DNA of 64,000 bases, from NCBI GenBank assembly GCA_046328265.1, contig JAXLWW010000001.1, positions 116,552-180,551 of the forward strand, read 5' to 3'. Under the pieces are notes generated by a model. That model did no database searches. It worked only from the letters and a program-made list of their open reading frames with translations, and was not told the DNA's origin. The translations under genes and the position numbers were made by a program. Shown here piece by piece: positions 19,323 through 30,079 of this stretch. This stretch comes from Dehalococcoidia bacterium. Lineage in GTDB: Bacteria; Chloroflexota; Dehalococcoidia; SpSt-223. Positions within the stretch are counted from its first letter, which is position 1. Every line of letters starts with the position of its first letter.

Positions 19323-20333
19323 ATGATGAGACGTGGTTCGTTTGCCGAGGTGTTCCGCATCCCGCTCGCGTTGCTGGCCGTGGCGCTGACATCCTGTACC
19401 ACCACACCGCCGGCCACGGGCGGGCTCAGCGGCGAGGTCGTCTACACCAAGAATGATCAGATTTACACGTTTTCGATTGGCAGCCGTGAAGAGCGAAAGC
19501 TGGTCGAACTCCCGGCGGGCGCCGTCGCCAAGGACCCAGTCTGGTCGCCTGACGGCCAACGGGTCGTTTTTGCGATGTATCCCGCGCCCCAACGTGGCGT
19601 CCCACCCGGCACCGATCTGATGTCAGTCAAGCGCGACGGCACCGACCTCACCGTTCTCCGGAAGCACGAACTTGCCGGCGAGATGCTCGAGACGCCGTTC
19701 TTTCTTCCTGACGGCTCGGGGATCGTCTTTGGCCGTTTTGCGCCGATCGTCACCAATGGCCAGTACACCGGGGATGTCATCGAAATCGTTCGCCTCGACT
19801 TCTCGTCCGGGCGGACGACCCAACTGGTACGCGAGGCAATCCAACCGACGGTTGCACCCGACGGCAAGAAGATCGCCTACATCAAGCTCAACCAACAGAC
19901 CGCCGCCCAGAGCCTCATGATGGCGAACCTGGACGGGAGCAATCCGCAGCAACTCGTCGGCGAGGACCAGTTCTCGGCGATGTTCTGGCCGCGGATCTCG
20001 CCAAACGGCGCCGAGGTGGCCTATTCTGGCGCCCTCATTGCCTCTGCCGGACAGCCGGGAGGGAGGCCAGCGCTACGGCCGAGCGGCGAACTCGCCCGAC
20101 CGTCGTTCCACGGACTGCCGACCGACGTCTACCGAGTGAAGACCGATGGCTCGAAGTTCGTGCAAGTCGCCAAGCTTCAAGAGGACGATCCGACCCCGCT
20201 CTGGTCGGTCGATGGACAGCGACTGCTGGTGATCGGGGCGAAGGCGATCTATGCCATGAACCCCGACGGCCAGAATCAGACGCGTGTGCGCGAGCCGGGC
20301 GGGGTCGGTGGCGGCGACTGGAGAGGGAAGTGA
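19323..20333 (+). CDS. TolB-like beta-propeller lipoprotein (PD40/WD40-like repeats)
   Basis: MMRRGS...LLAVALTSC lipobox. Repeated WSPDG / LPDGS / APDGK / SPNGA / SVDGQ propeller-blade motifs. Confidence 0.7.
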   Translation: MMRRGSFAEVFRIPLALLAVALTSCTTTPPATGGLSGEVVYTKNDQIYTFSIGSREERKLVELPAGAVAKDPVWSPDGQRVVFAMYPAPQRGVPPGTDLMSVKRDGTDLTVLRKHELAGEMLETPFFLPDGSGIVFGRFAPIVTNGQYTGDVIEIVRLDFSSGRTTQLVREAIQPTVAPDGKKIAYIKLNQQTAAQSLMMANLDGSNPQQLVGEDQFSAMFWPRISPNGAEVAYSGALIASAGQPGGRPALRPSGELARPSFHGLPTDVYRVKTDGSKFVQVAKLQEDDPTPLWSVDGQRLLVIGAKAIYAMNPDGQNQTRVREPGGVGGGDWRGK

Positions 20334-20638
20334 CCAACCAGCCCCCAACCCGCGCCACCGAGCGGATTACCCGTCGCAAAGAGCTTCGCCAGTCGCGGAT
20401 CCTCGAGGCGCAGCGCCGCCGGACGAACCGGACACGCCTTATCGTCGGGTTGGTTGTCCTCGTCGTCGTCCTCGTGGGATTGGGGATCTGGCTCGGTGTT
20501 TCCTTCCTGACACCGCCGGTGGCCGGGCTCATCGACGTGGTCATGCCGGTGGTCGAGCCGGTGACCGCGAGGTTCGTCGAGCCGACGGACTTGCAAGGCA
20601 GCCAAGGAGCCGGACCGTGGCTCGTATTCTGGTCGTAG
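20330..20638 (+). CDS. Small single-pass membrane protein (basic N-terminus, one TM helix)
   Basis: GTG start overlapping the upstream stop (GTGA). Strong GC3 bias. [26 protein letters not shown] segment. Ends 22 nt inside the response-regulator gene. Confidence 0.5.
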   Translation: MTNQPPTRATERITRRKELRQSRILEAQRRRTNRTRLIVGLVVLVVVLVGLGIWLGVSFLTPPVAGLIDVVMPVVEPVTARFVEPTDLQGSQGAGPWLVFWS

Positions 20639-21309
20639 ACGACGAACAGTCGTTGGTCGAGACAATCCGCTACAGCCTCAACCGCGACGGCCATGACGTG
20701 AGCGTGGCGTATGATGGCATCGAGGCGCTCGACGTCGCTCGCCGCCAGCGGCCTGACCTCATCGTGCTGGACGTCATGCTGCCAAAGCTCGATGGTTTCG
20801 AGGTTTGTCGGACGCTCCGGTCCGAGACGACCGCGCCGATCTTGATGTTGACCGCCAGGGCGAGCGAGATCGACAAGGTGGTCGGGTTGGAGATCGGCGC
20901 CGACGACTATCTCGCCAAGCCGTTCAGCCTCCGAGAACTGCTAGCGCGGGTGCGCGCCTCGCTTCGGCGGGTCCAGATGCTCCGTGCCGAGAGCAAGGGC
21001 GCCCCCGACGAGCGCCTGATGGCGGGAGACCTGCTGATCGACCTGGCCCGGCACGAGGTGTGGCGCGGAGAGCGGCCAATCGCCCTCAAGCCCAAGGAGT
21101 TCGATCTGCTGGCCTACCTGGTTCGCAACCGCGGTCGGGTGCTCACCCGCGATGTGCTCTTGCAGAACCTCTGGGGCTATGAGTACGACGGCGGAACGCG
21201 CACGGTGGATGTCCACATCCGTGGGCTGCGCGAGAAGATCGAGGACGATCCGAGCCGTCCAAACCTGATCGAGACCGTTCGCGGTGTGGGATACCGCTTC
21301 CGAGCCTAG
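20617..21309 (+). CDS. OmpR/PhoB-family response regulator
   Basis: [14 protein letters not shown]...[17 protein letters not shown] receiver domain plus a winged-helix output ([33 protein letters not shown]). AAGGAG RBS before the GTG at 20617. The track ORF from 20284 carries a spurious N-terminal extension. Confidence 0.85.
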   Translation: MARILVVDDEQSLVETIRYSLNRDGHDVSVAYDGIEALDVARRQRPDLIVLDVMLPKLDGFEVCRTLRSETTAPILMLTARASEIDKVVGLEIGADDYLAKPFSLRELLARVRASLRRVQMLRAESKGAPDERLMAGDLLIDLARHEVWRGERPIALKPKEFDLLAYLVRNRGRVLTRDVLLQNLWGYEYDGGTRTVDVHIRGLREKIEDDPSRPNLIETVRGVGYRFRA

Positions 21310-21311
21310 CG

Positions 21312-22661
21312 ATGGGATTGCGGGCGCGCGTCGTTGCTTCGACCGGTCTGCTGGCCGGACTGGCCCTACTGCTCACCGTTCCGCTTGTCGGCTGGATCGG
21401 GATCGGGATTGCCCTGGTTGGCGGCGTTCTCGCAGCCATCGCGTCGGCACTGCTCACACCCTGGGTGCTGGCTCCAGTCGAGGAGGTTCGTTTGGAGTTT
21501 GTCCGGCTGGTGGGCGGCTCGGAGTCCATCTCTGGTCGAGGACTGGCTGGGCTGCGCCGCGCGGTGGGGTCCCTCGCCGATTCGGACCGAACGCTACGCA
21601 TGGCGGCCGAGGCGAGCCACCGGCGCTGGGAAGCGGTCGTCGAGCGGCTGCCGGTTGGGGTGGTGATCCTCGACGATCGCGGGCTCGTTGAGTATGCCAA
21701 CCCGGCGGCGGGCGAGTTGCTAGGTACGCTCGGCCATGGTGGCAGCCTCGTCCAAACGGTGCGCCAGCACGAACTGGTTGCGCTCTCGCGCGCTGCCCTC
21801 GAAGGCCAGCAACCGGAGGCCATTGTCGTGGAACTTGCTGCCCCCAAGCGCTTCGTCCACGCGATTGCCCGGCCGGCGGCGCCGGGCGGTGTCCCGGTCG
21901 TTCTCCTCGTTCAGGATGTCACCGAACTTCGCCGCGCCGAAACGGTTCGGCGCGATTTTGTCGCGAACGTCTCTCACGAACTCCGGACGCCGGTCGCCTC
22001 GTTGACTGCGTTGACCGAAACCCTTCTCGACGGAGCGCTCGACGACCCGAGCGCAGCCCGGGGCTTTCTCGAACGGATCGAGATCGAGGTCGACCGGTTG
22101 GGCCAAATGGTCGAGGAATTGTTCGAGTTGACCCGGATCGAATCGGGAGAACTGGCGATCCGGCCGGAGCCGGTGTCGCCGGCCGTCCTCTGCCGGGCCG
22201 CGGCGGCCCGACTGGCGGGCCAGGCCGCTCGCGCCGACATCACCTTGTCGGTCGATATCCCGGAGGGATTGCCGCGCGTGGCAGCCGATCCGCCACGTGT
22301 CGAACAAGTCCTGGTCAACCTGCTCCACAACGCGATCAAGTTCACTCCGCCCGGTGGCTGGGTTGCCGTCGGTGCGGATCCTGCCGTTATCGAATCGACC
22401 TCGACTGCGCCGGCGCTGGTTCGGCTCTGGGTGCGTGATAGCGGCGTGGGCATCGCGCCGGAGGATCTCGACCGGGTGTTCGAGCGGTTCTACAAGGTGA
22501 GTAAGTCGCGCTCCAATAGCGGTACGGGGCTTGGACTGGCGATTGCCAAGCACACCGTCCAGGCGCATGGCGGGCGGATCTGGGCATCAAGCGAACTGAG
22601 CAAAGGCTCGGAGTTCTCGTTTACCCTGCCGGTGGCGGCGCGGGAGTCCCGGTTTGGCTAA
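21312..22661 (+). CDS. Sensor histidine kinase (two TM, PAS, HisKA, HATPase_c), PhoR-like
   Basis: HELRTP H-box, N/G1/G2 boxes ([23 protein letters not shown]), and a PAS segment ([17 protein letters not shown]). Confidence 0.85.
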   Translation: MGLRARVVASTGLLAGLALLLTVPLVGWIGIGIALVGGVLAAIASALLTPWVLAPVEEVRLEFVRLVGGSESISGRGLAGLRRAVGSLADSDRTLRMAAEASHRRWEAVVERLPVGVVILDDRGLVEYANPAAGELLGTLGHGGSLVQTVRQHELVALSRAALEGQQPEAIVVELAAPKRFVHAIARPAAPGGVPVVLLVQDVTELRRAETVRRDFVANVSHELRTPVASLTALTETLLDGALDDPSAARGFLERIEIEVDRLGQMVEELFELTRIESGELAIRPEPVSPAVLCRAAAARLAGQAARADITLSVDIPEGLPRVAADPPRVEQVLVNLLHNAIKFTPPGGWVAVGADPAVIESTSTAPALVRLWVRDSGVGIAPEDLDRVFERFYKVSKSRSNSGTGLGLAIAKHTVQAHGGRIWASSELSKGSEFSFTLPVAARESRFG

Positions 22662-23742
22662 CACGCTTCGGACGCCGCTTCACACCGTAGGTGGACGGAT
22701 TGTCGATGCCAGCGGGCGACCCGTCCGACTGCGCGGGGTGAACTGGTATGGAGCGGAAGGGCCGGATTTTGTCCCGGGAGGCCTACACCTTCGGACCGCC
22801 GACGCCATCGCTCGGCTGACAGCCGAGCTCGGCGCCAATTGCGTCCGCCTTCCCTTCTCCAACCAACTGGTCGCCGCAAACCCACTGCCCGCCGCCGAGG
22901 TGGTGGCCGGCGATCCGACCCTCGCCGGCCGTCCGGCGCTCGAGGTGCTCGATGCCATCATTGACGCGTTAACCAGCGCTGGCCTGGCGGTGATTCTCGA
23001 CAACCACACCAGCCAAGCTGACTGGTGCTGCGACGACCAGGACGGGAACGGATTGTGGCACACGCCCGAGTATCCCGAGGCCGTCTGGATCGACCAGTGG
23101 ACGCAACTTGCCGGTCGCTATCGGGCCAACCAGTTGGTTGTCGGCGCCGATCTGCGCAACGAGCCGCGTGGCGACGCCCGCTGGGGTGGGCGAAATGCCG
23201 CGCTCGATTGGCCAGGCGCCGCCGAACGTGCCGGCGCGGCGATCTTGACCGAAGCGCCGGATTGGCTGATTGTCGTGGAGGGGGTGGACTACGCGTCCGA
23301 CCTGCGTGGAGCGGCCAAGCGGCCGGTTCAGCTACCGGTCGCTGGCCGGCTGGTCTATTCGGTCCATGACTATGAGTGGTTTCATGGCCGGAACCTCGCG
23401 ACGTCGTCGATGCTCAAACGCTGGCAGAGCCGCTGGGAAGTGTCGCGCTTCGCGCCACTGGAGGTTCCATTGCTGCTGGGCGAGTTCGGGATGGACACCT
23501 CTGGCTGGCCGGGCGGGCTGGGCCGGACGACGGCACACTGGCTGAGGCAGGTGATCGACCTGTTCGACGAGATCGGGGCAAGTTGGATCTACTGGCCACT
23601 CAACGGGACGATGTCGAGTGCGGCCCCGCGTTGGGGGCGCAGTTTTGGCGCTCGCGAGCCGTTTGGCCTGTTGAACGAGCGTTGGGACGCACCGGCGAAC
23701 CCGGCGCTCATTCGCGCGCTCTTCGGCGAAGCAACCGATTGA
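22654..23742 (+). CDS. Glycoside hydrolase family 5 (cellulase-like), no signal peptide detected
   Basis: [11 protein letters not shown]...VILDNHT...NEPRG... matches GH5 catalytic-region motifs. Overlaps the kinase gene end by 8 nt. Confidence 0.7.
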   Translation: MANTLRTPLHTVGGRIVDASGRPVRLRGVNWYGAEGPDFVPGGLHLRTADAIARLTAELGANCVRLPFSNQLVAANPLPAAEVVAGDPTLAGRPALEVLDAIIDALTSAGLAVILDNHTSQADWCCDDQDGNGLWHTPEYPEAVWIDQWTQLAGRYRANQLVVGADLRNEPRGDARWGGRNAALDWPGAAERAGAAILTEAPDWLIVVEGVDYASDLRGAAKRPVQLPVAGRLVYSVHDYEWFHGRNLATSSMLKRWQSRWEVSRFAPLEVPLLLGEFGMDTSGWPGGLGRTTAHWLRQVIDLFDEIGASWIYWPLNGTMSSAAPRWGRSFGAREPFGLLNERWDAPANPALIRALFGEATD

Positions 23743-23794
23743 GACAAGACTCACGACGGGCGGTCCAAAGACCACCCGCTCGTGTGATTGGCGT

Positions 23795-24193
23795 CTAGCG
23801 CTTGGTGTACTGCGGCGCTTTGCGGGCTCGCTTGAGGCCGTACTTCTTGCGCTCTTTGATCCGAGCGTCGCGGGTTAGAAGCGCATTCCGCCGCATCACG
23901 CTGCGCATCTCCTCGTCGTTCTCGACGAGTGCGCGGGCGATCGCGTGGCGAACCGCGCCCGCCTGACCACTGGTGCCGCCGCCGGTCACCTTGACCATCG
24001 CGTTCAAGTTGCCAATATTCGAGACGCGAAACGGTGTCTGGACGATGATCTGGTCAGCCAGGCGGGGGAAGTACGCTTCGAGGGTTCGGCCGTTGATGAC
24101 GATCTGGCCGTTGCCGGACGTGAGCCGGACCTGAGCGACCGCGGTCTTGCGCTTGCCGACGCCGCCTCCCAAGGTATTGCGTGGAGTGGTCAT
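23795..24193 (-). CDS. rpsI: 30S ribosomal protein S9
   Basis: 132 aa ending RKAPQYTKR. Confidence 0.9.
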   Translation of the reverse strand: MTTPRNTLGGGVGKRKTAVAQVRLTSGNGQIVINGRTLEAYFPRLADQIIVQTPFRVSNIGNLNAMVKVTGGGTSGQAGAVRHAIARALVENDEEMRSVMRRNALLTRDARIKERKKYGLKRARKAPQYTKR

Positions 24194-24660
24194 TCGGTAG
24201 CCTCCTTCGCCTCAGCGGCGGCCTTTTGCCTCACCAGGCCGGAGATGTGTCGTTCGTGTGGATGGGTCGGGCCGGCGTAGACTTTCAGCTTTTTGATCTG
24301 AGCGCGGCCGAGCTTGGTGTCCGGGAGCATCCCCTTGACCGCAAGTTCGATGATCCGGGTCGGGTGGGTATCGAGCATTTTCTGCATCGAGACGGCCCGG
24401 AGACCGCCCGGATACTGCGAATGCCGGTAATAGTGCTTGTCAGTCAGCCGGTTGCCGCTGACTTTGAACTTGCCCGCATTGACCACAACGACGAAGTCGC
24501 CGGTGTCCATGTGGGGGGTGTAGGTTGGTTTGTGCTTGCCGCGCAGCAGAGTCGCGATCTGGGTCGCCAAGCGACCGAGCGTTTGCCCGGTGGCGTCGAC
24601 GACGTGCCACTCGCGATGAATGTCGCGCGGGGTCGCGGTAAAGCTGCGATAGCCCGCCAT
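24190..24660 (-). CDS. rplM: 50S ribosomal protein L13
   Basis: [16 protein letters not shown]...KLKVYAG. Confidence 0.9.
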   Translation of the reverse strand: MAGYRSFTATPRDIHREWHVVDATGQTLGRLATQIATLLRGKHKPTYTPHMDTGDFVVVVNAGKFKVSGNRLTDKHYYRHSQYPGGLRAVSMQKMLDTHPTRIIELAVKGMLPDTKLGRAQIKKLKVYAGPTHPHERHISGLVRQKAAAEAKEATE

Positions 24661-25361
24661 CAGTTCTCCTTCCCACCCGCCGGCGGGTCGTCCGGGTAGC
24701 GAACCCGCACGAGAAACAACCCTCGCCCCGGCGCAGCCGGGCCGGCGCTCCGCCGGTCGCGGCTCGCCAGCATGCTTTCGATTTCGTCTACCTGCCGCCG
24801 GCCGAGGCCAATCCAGACCAGGATGCCGACGATGTTGCGAACCATGTGAGGGAGGAAGGCGTTTGCCTCGACCTCGATCACCACCTGGTCCTCCGCCTGC
24901 CGAACCTCCACCCGGTCCACTCGCCGTACCGTCGACGAGACGGCGATGCCGCTGCGATGGGCAAAGGCCGCGAAATCGCGCTCGCCGATGAAGGCGGTCG
25001 CCGCTCGCGCCATGACTGCCAGGTCCAACTCGTCGCGGACGTGCCAGCTATAGCGCCGCCGAAAAGGTGTTGGCCAGGGCCGTTGTTCGATTTGGTACCG
25101 GTAAAGCCGGCTCAGTGCCCGACGTCGCGGGTCGTATCCGGCTTCGACCTCCTTTGCCTCCCACGCCACGATCGCCGGCGGAAGGTTCGCGTTCAGCCCC
25201 GCCAGCACCGACCGATTGTCGAGCGACCGGGTCGTCTCGAAAGCGATAACCTGGCCTTCGGCATGAACTCCGCTGTCCGTCCGGCCGGCGTACCGAATAG
25301 TCACCCGCTCGGCGGTAAACCGCCAGATCGCGTCCTCGATCGACGCTTGGACGCTCGGCAA
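24660..25361 (-). CDS. truA: tRNA pseudouridine(38-40) synthase TruA
   Basis: 233 aa. [12 protein letters not shown] catalytic-Asp motif. Confidence 0.85.
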   Translation of the reverse strand: MPSVQASIEDAIWRFTAERVTIRYAGRTDSGVHAEGQVIAFETTRSLDNRSVLAGLNANLPPAIVAWEAKEVEAGYDPRRRALSRLYRYQIEQRPWPTPFRRRYSWHVRDELDLAVMARAATAFIGERDFAAFAHRSGIAVSSTVRRVDRVEVRQAEDQVVIEVEANAFLPHMVRNIVGILVWIGLGRRQVDEIESMLASRDRRSAGPAAPGRGLFLVRVRYPDDPPAGGKEN

Positions 25362-25445
25362 CGCTCGCTGGCGTTGGAACCCGGCGTAGTCCGTGCCGTC
25401 GTAGGAGACGCGCAGCCGAAAGGTCCGCGAGCCTGTTTCCTCCAG

Positions 25446-25799
25446 CTAGTCGAGCACCTCGAGCCGTGCCATCTCGGCGCCGTCGCCGCGGCGCGGGCCC
25501 AGCTTGGTAATCCGAACGTAGCCGCCCTTGCGGTCGGCCAGACGAGGAGCGATCACATCGAACACTTTGCGGACAACCAACGGATCGTACAGGATGCGGG
25601 CCGCCTTGCGACGGGCGTAGACCGTGTTCTCTTTGCCAATGGTGATCACCTTCTCGACCATCGGGCGGATTTCCTTCGCCTTGGCCTCGGTGGTGGTGAT
25701 CGCCTCATACCGCAGAGCGTCGGTCACGAGGTTGCGGAACATCGCGACCCGGTGGTCCGACGCACGGCCGAACTGGCGGCCGCCAACTCCGTGTCTCAT
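25446..25799 (-). CDS. rplQ: 50S ribosomal protein L17
   Basis: MRHGVGGRQFGRASDHRVAMFRNL... Confidence 0.9.
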   Translation of the reverse strand: MRHGVGGRQFGRASDHRVAMFRNLVTDALRYEAITTTEAKAKEIRPMVEKVITIGKENTVYARRKAARILYDPLVVRKVFDVIAPRLADRKGGYVRITKLGPRRGDGAEMARLEVLD

Positions 25800-26905
25800 A
25801 CGACACCCTCTTCTTTCAGTATTGGATTGTTATCGTCGTCGAGGATCAACGTGCCGTCTGACTCGCGGAGATAGCGGTCGTCGTCTTCGGCCGGCGCGTC
25901 GCGCTCGTCGGCTTCGCCGTCATCCTCGGAAAGAGACAGCGTCTCGGTGCTGATAAAGCCGCGTTGCGCAAGCTTCTGACGCAACTCGTCGAGGGATTTG
26001 CGTCCAAAGTTGCGGACGGCCATGAGGTCCTCGTCATTCATATCGACGACCTGACCGACCTTGGTAATCAAGCCACGCTTGAGGGCGTTGTAGGTGCGAA
26101 CGGACAGATCGAGTTCCTCGATGGGGGTCTCGTAGAGTTGCGGAGGAAGCAAGCTTGCGCCCGGGCGTGCCCGCTCGATCTGCCGCGGACCGGACTTCTT
26201 CAGATCGGTGAACAGCCTCAAATGGTCAAGCAGCACTGCCGCAGCCCGGCTGATCGCATCGAGTGGCTGGATCGTGCCGTCAGTCCACAATTCGAGGATC
26301 AGCCGGTCGTAGGTGATCAACTCAATGCGATGCGGCTCGACGACGAAATTCACCTTGCGGATCGGCGTGAAGATCGCATCGACTGGAATGATGCCGATTG
26401 CGCCACCATCCTGCGACGATGCGGGCACATATCCCTTGCCATGCTCGACCTGAAACTCGATTGACAGGCGGCCATCGGCCGAGTCGATGGTGGCGAGGTA
26501 GAGGTCCGGGTTGACGATCTCGAAGTCGCCCTGGATCTCGATGTCGGCGGCGGTGACGACTCCCGGGCCCTGCCGATCGAGAATGAGGCGGCCTGGCCGA
26601 TCCGAATAGGCCCGTAGCCGAAGTTTCTTGATGTTCAGCAGCAGGCCGACGGTGTCCTCACGAACGTGGGGGATCGGCTGGAACTCGTGCTGGACTTGGT
26701 CGATCTTGACGCGGGTGACGGCCGCGCCCGGCAAGGAACTGAGCAACACTCGGCGCATCGAGTTTCCCAGGGTGGTGCCAAAGCCAGCGTCAAGCGGCTC
26801 GATCAGAAAGCGCCCATACGTCGGGAAGACGTCGAGCGGCTCGATCTTGGCAGTCAAGGAGTCTTGCGCGGTTTCGGTGGCCCCGCGAACGCGGTCAATC
26901 ATCAC
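25796..26905 (-). CDS. rpoA: DNA-directed RNA polymerase alpha subunit (with ~35-aa acidic C-terminal tail)
   Basis: 369 aa, alpha-NTD and alpha-CTD motifs. Tail is ...EDDGEADERDAPAEDDDRYL... Confidence 0.9.
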   Translation of the reverse strand: MMIDRVRGATETAQDSLTAKIEPLDVFPTYGRFLIEPLDAGFGTTLGNSMRRVLLSSLPGAAVTRVKIDQVQHEFQPIPHVREDTVGLLLNIKKLRLRAYSDRPGRLILDRQGPGVVTAADIEIQGDFEIVNPDLYLATIDSADGRLSIEFQVEHGKGYVPASSQDGGAIGIIPVDAIFTPIRKVNFVVEPHRIELITYDRLILELWTDGTIQPLDAISRAAAVLLDHLRLFTDLKKSGPRQIERARPGASLLPPQLYETPIEELDLSVRTYNALKRGLITKVGQVVDMNDEDLMAVRNFGRKSLDELRQKLAQRGFISTETLSLSEDDGEADERDAPAEDDDRYLRESDGTLILDDDNNPILKEEGVV

Positions 26906-26939
26906 AGTGGTCTATCCATTCGGTCGCCGACGGCGGCCA

Positions 26940-27569
26940 CTAGCGCGAGTAGTACTCGACGACGGCTTGTTCGTTCAGGTTCTGCGGCATTTCACCGCGC
27001 GACGGTGTGCTGAGCACTCGGCCGCTCAAGGTGGCGGCATCGCGTGACAGCCAGGCGGGCACCGACTTCTCGGCCAGTTTCTCGGCCTGGATCTTGAAGT
27101 ACTCTTTGCTGCGACTGTTCGGCTTGACCGAGACGACCATCCCCGGCTTGAGCACCATCGAAGCGATGTCGGTCTTGCGGCCGTTTACTTCAATGTGGCC
27201 GTGGTTGATGATCTGGCGGGCCTGCTTGCGCGAATCGGCCAACCCGAGGTGATAGACGACGCTATCGAGCCGGAGTTCGAGTTGTTCGAGCAAGATCAGG
27301 CCGGTCATGCCGGGACGGCGGGTAGCTTCGGCGAAATAGCGCCGGAACTGGCGCTCGAGCACTCCGAACGTCTGGCGCACTTTCTGCTTTTCGCGCAATT
27401 GGACGCCACGCTCGGAGACCTTGCGCCGTCGACCGCTGGCGGCCTGGCCGGGCGCGATGTTTCGGCGCTCGATGGCACACTTCGGGGTGTAGCACCGCTC
27501 ACCCTTGAGAAAGAGCTTCTCGCCGGCGCGCCGACATTGCCGACAGACCGGGCCATGATAACGAGCCAA
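26940..27569 (-). CDS. rpsD: 30S ribosomal protein S4 (zinc-finger type)
   Basis: TTG start ([16 protein letters not shown]...CYTPKC) preceded by GGAGAGG. The track ORF carries a spurious 95-codon upstream extension. Confidence 0.85.
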   Translation of the reverse strand: MARYHGPVCRQCRRAGEKLFLKGERCYTPKCAIERRNIAPGQAASGRRRKVSERGVQLREKQKVRQTFGVLERQFRRYFAEATRRPGMTGLILLEQLELRLDSVVYHLGLADSRKQARQIINHGHIEVNGRKTDIASMVLKPGMVVSVKPNSRSKEYFKIQAEKLAEKSVPAWLSRDAATLSGRVLSTPSRGEMPQNLNEQAVVEYYSR

Positions 27570-27592
27570 ACTAGCCTCTCCTTGCTGCCTGC

Positions 27593-27991
27593 TTAGACCC
27601 GGCGTCGCTTGGGCGGCCGGCAGCCGTTGTGCGGGATCGGAGTGACATCGGTAATGCTCGTCACCACGATTCCGCTGGCCTGGAGGGCGCGGATCGCCGC
27701 TTCTCGGCCGCTGCCCGGGCCGCGAACGAACACATCGACTTGCCGGACGCCGTTTTCCATTGCCTTGCGCGCCGCGCTCTCGGCCGCGATCTGAGCGGCA
27801 AACGGCGTGCTTTTGCGCGAACCTTTGAAGTTGGACGACCCTGCGCTCGACCACGACAGCGCATTGCCGTTGGGGTCGGTGATCGTCACCAGGGTGTTGT
27901 TGAAGGTCGACTGAATGTAGGCACGCCCACGCGGTACCGACTTGCGTTCGCGCCGTCGGCCGCGCTGGGGGCGTCGCCGTGGATCCGCCAT
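27593..27991 (-). CDS. rpsK: 30S ribosomal protein S11
   Basis: 132 aa ...[14 protein letters not shown]... Confidence 0.9.
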   Translation of the reverse strand: MADPRRRPQRGRRRERKSVPRGRAYIQSTFNNTLVTITDPNGNALSWSSAGSSNFKGSRKSTPFAAQIAAESAARKAMENGVRQVDVFVRGPGSGREAAIRALQASGIVVTSITDVTPIPHNGCRPPKRRRV

Positions 27992-28012
27992 GCTTCTCTC
28001 CGGACTTCTGGC

Positions 28013-28396
28013 TTACTTCTTCGCCGACGATCGCCGCTTGCCCGCGACCGTCTTGCGCGCGCCGCGCTTGGTTCGTGCGTTGGTACGAGTTCGCTGGCCT
28101 CGAGCCGGCAACCCCTTGCGGTGACGCGTCCCGCGATAACAGCCGATGTCGATCAGCCGTTTGATGTTCATCTGGACTTCGCGCCGCAGATCGCCCTCGA
28201 CCAGGTAGGTCTTCTCGATCAGTTCGCGCAGCCGATTGACCTCGTCTTCGGTGAGGTCCCGCACCCGAGTCCCTGGGTTGACGTTGGTCTGGGTACAGAC
28301 CTTGGTCGCCAGATACGGGCCGATACCGTAGATGTAGCGAAGCGAGATTTCGACGCGCTTGTCACGCGGGATGTCGACACCGGCAATACGGGCCAT
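28013..28396 (-). CDS. rpsM: 30S ribosomal protein S13
   Basis: [19 protein letters not shown]... Confidence 0.9.
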   Translation of the reverse strand: MARIAGVDIPRDKRVEISLRYIYGIGPYLATKVCTQTNVNPGTRVRDLTEDEVNRLRELIEKTYLVEGDLRREVQMNIKRLIDIGCYRGTRHRKGLPARGQRTRTNARTKRGARKTVAGKRRSSAKK

Positions 28397-28402
28397 ACGA
28401 CT

Positions 28403-28516
28403 CTACCCTTGCTTCTGATTGTGCTTTGGATTAACACAGACCACCAGCACGTTGCCATGCCGGCGAATCACCTTGCATTTCTCGCACCGAGCTTTTACCG
28501 ATGCTCGAATCTTCAT
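28403..28516 (-). CDS. rpmJ: 50S ribosomal protein L36
   Basis: [37 protein letters not shown], 37 aa. AAAGGTGA RBS. The track ORF is extended 39 codons upstream. Confidence 0.85.
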   Translation of the reverse strand: MKIRASVKARCEKCKVIRRHGNVLVVCVNPKHNQKQG

Positions 28517-28649
28517 CGTTTCACCTTTATCCGGCGGGTCCGGACGTTGCGCCGTCGCGCGGATTTCGCGCCAGGCAAACAGAGGCGCCACCCAGGATGG
28601 CGAACCTGCGAAGTATACGGCTTTCGCCGCCACGCTGCCAATCCGCCAC

Positions 28650-29423
28650 TTATGGCAGCGTCAGCACCTCCGGCTCACCTTCGCCGATCGCCACGCTGTG
28701 TTCGAAATGGGCAGAAAGCTTGCCGTCTTTGGTATAGACCGTCCAACTATCGCCCTTGCGCTGGCGGGTCTCCCAGGTACCGAGGTTCAGCATCGGCTCG
28801 ATCGCCAGCACCAGCCCGGGCTTGAGCGGCGCCGTCTGCCCGTGCTTGGGGTCGACGTAGTTTGGAACTTGCGGCGGCTCGTGAAACTCGCGGCCGATCC
28901 CGTGTCCGACATACTGCCGGACGATGCCGTATTCGCCGCGCGATCGGACATAGCCTTCGATCGCCGCCGAGATATCGCGCACCCGCCCGCCGGCGCAGCA
29001 CGCCCGAATGCCCGCCCAGAGCGCCTGCTCGGTCACCTCGATCAACGCCGCTGCCTGCGCCGAGATGTCGCCGACGCCGACGGTGAGCGCGGTGTCCGAG
29101 TGGAAGCCGCCGAGGAGGGCGCCGATGTCAATCTTGACCAGGTCGCCGCTCTTGAGGGTGCGCCGTTTGCTCGGGATACCGTGGACGATCTCGTCATTTA
29201 TCGAACTGCAGATCGACGCCGGAAAATCGTACAACCCTTTGAAGGAGGGGATGCCCCCGCGCGAGCGGATCGCCGACTCCGCCACCTGGTCGAGTTCGGC
29301 AGTTGACACACCCGGTTCGGCGGCGTTGGCGGCCTCGCGCAGCGCCAGGGCGGCGATCCGGCCTGCTTCACGCATCTGGGCGATCTCGCGGGGCGATTTC
29401 AGGACGATCCGGCGGTCATTCAC
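28650..29423 (-). CDS. map: Methionine aminopeptidase type I
   Basis: 257 aa with the pita-bread fold metal ligands (D..D..H..E..E pattern). Confidence 0.9.
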   Translation of the reverse strand: MNDRRIVLKSPREIAQMREAGRIAALALREAANAAEPGVSTAELDQVAESAIRSRGGIPSFKGLYDFPASICSSINDEIVHGIPSKRRTLKSGDLVKIDIGALLGGFHSDTALTVGVGDISAQAAALIEVTEQALWAGIRACCAGGRVRDISAAIEGYVRSRGEYGIVRQYVGHGIGREFHEPPQVPNYVDPKHGQTAPLKPGLVLAIEPMLNLGTWETRQRKGDSWTVYTKDGKLSAHFEHSVAIGEGEPEVLTLP

Positions 29424-30079
29424 AGCCGGGTGGTTCCCAGTGCCGCGGCGTGCAACGCCTGGCGGATCGAGTCGATTTCACCGGCGCCGTTGACCTCGGC
29501 CAGTTTGCCCTGGGCGCGATAGTAGCCGATCAGTGGCAGGGTCTGGTCGCGGTAGACCTGAAGGCGGTGGGCGACGACGTCCGGCTTGTCGTCATCACGC
29601 TGGTAGAGCGCTCCGCCGTCGTGGTCGCATACTCCCGAGGTGCGAGGTGGGCTGCTCGTCAGATGGTAGGGTGTCGAGCAGGTGCGGCACAGCCAACGGC
29701 CACCCAGCCGGCGGATGAGTTCGTCGTCCGCGACGTCCAGCACGATCGCCCGCTCGATCGCCGCGCTCCGCTCGGTGAGGCCGGTGTCGAGTGCTTGCGC
29801 CTGAGCGATCGTCCGGGGAAAGCCATCGAAGATCGCCCCGTTGGCGGCATCCGGCCGACTGAGCCGGTCGAACACCATCGCCACCGTCACGTCGTCGGGC
29901 ACGTAGGCCCCCCGGTCCAAGAACTCCTTCACCTGTCGACCGAGCGGCGTTTGCTGAGCGATGTTCTCGCGAAACAAATCTCCGGTCGAAAGGTGGATCG
30001 CGCCGAGCGCCTCGGCGAGAGCGCCGGCCTGGGTGCCTTTTCCGGAGCCGGGAGGACCCAGCAAGACGACATAATGCAT
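29420..30079 (-). CDS. adk: Adenylate kinase (Zn-binding LID: CRTC...CDHDG)
   Basis: LLGPPGSGKGTQA P-loop. LID with Cys-x2-Cys...Cys-x2-Asp. Confidence 0.9.
   Translation of the reverse strand: MHYVVLLGPPGSGKGTQAGALAEALGAIHLSTGDLFRENIAQQTPLGRQVKEFLDRGAYVPDDVTVAMVFDRLSRPDAANGAIFDGFPRTIAQAQALDTGLTERSAAIERAIVLDVADDELIRRLGGRWLCRTCSTPYHLTSSPPRTSGVCDHDGGALYQRDDDKPDVVAHRLQVYRDQTLPLIGYYRAQGKLAEVNGAGEIDSIRQALHAAALGTTRL

Noticed and set aside
18879-19592. 237-aa minus-strand ORF upstream of the ABC permeases
   Set aside because: It overlaps the lipoprotein gene start region and has no domain signal. Only the 2Fe-2S ferredoxin-like frame (18929-19225) has a recognisable motif.
28517-28649. Hidden infA between map and rpmJ
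   Set aside because: Only 133 nt; no frame can encode the ~72-aa IF-1.
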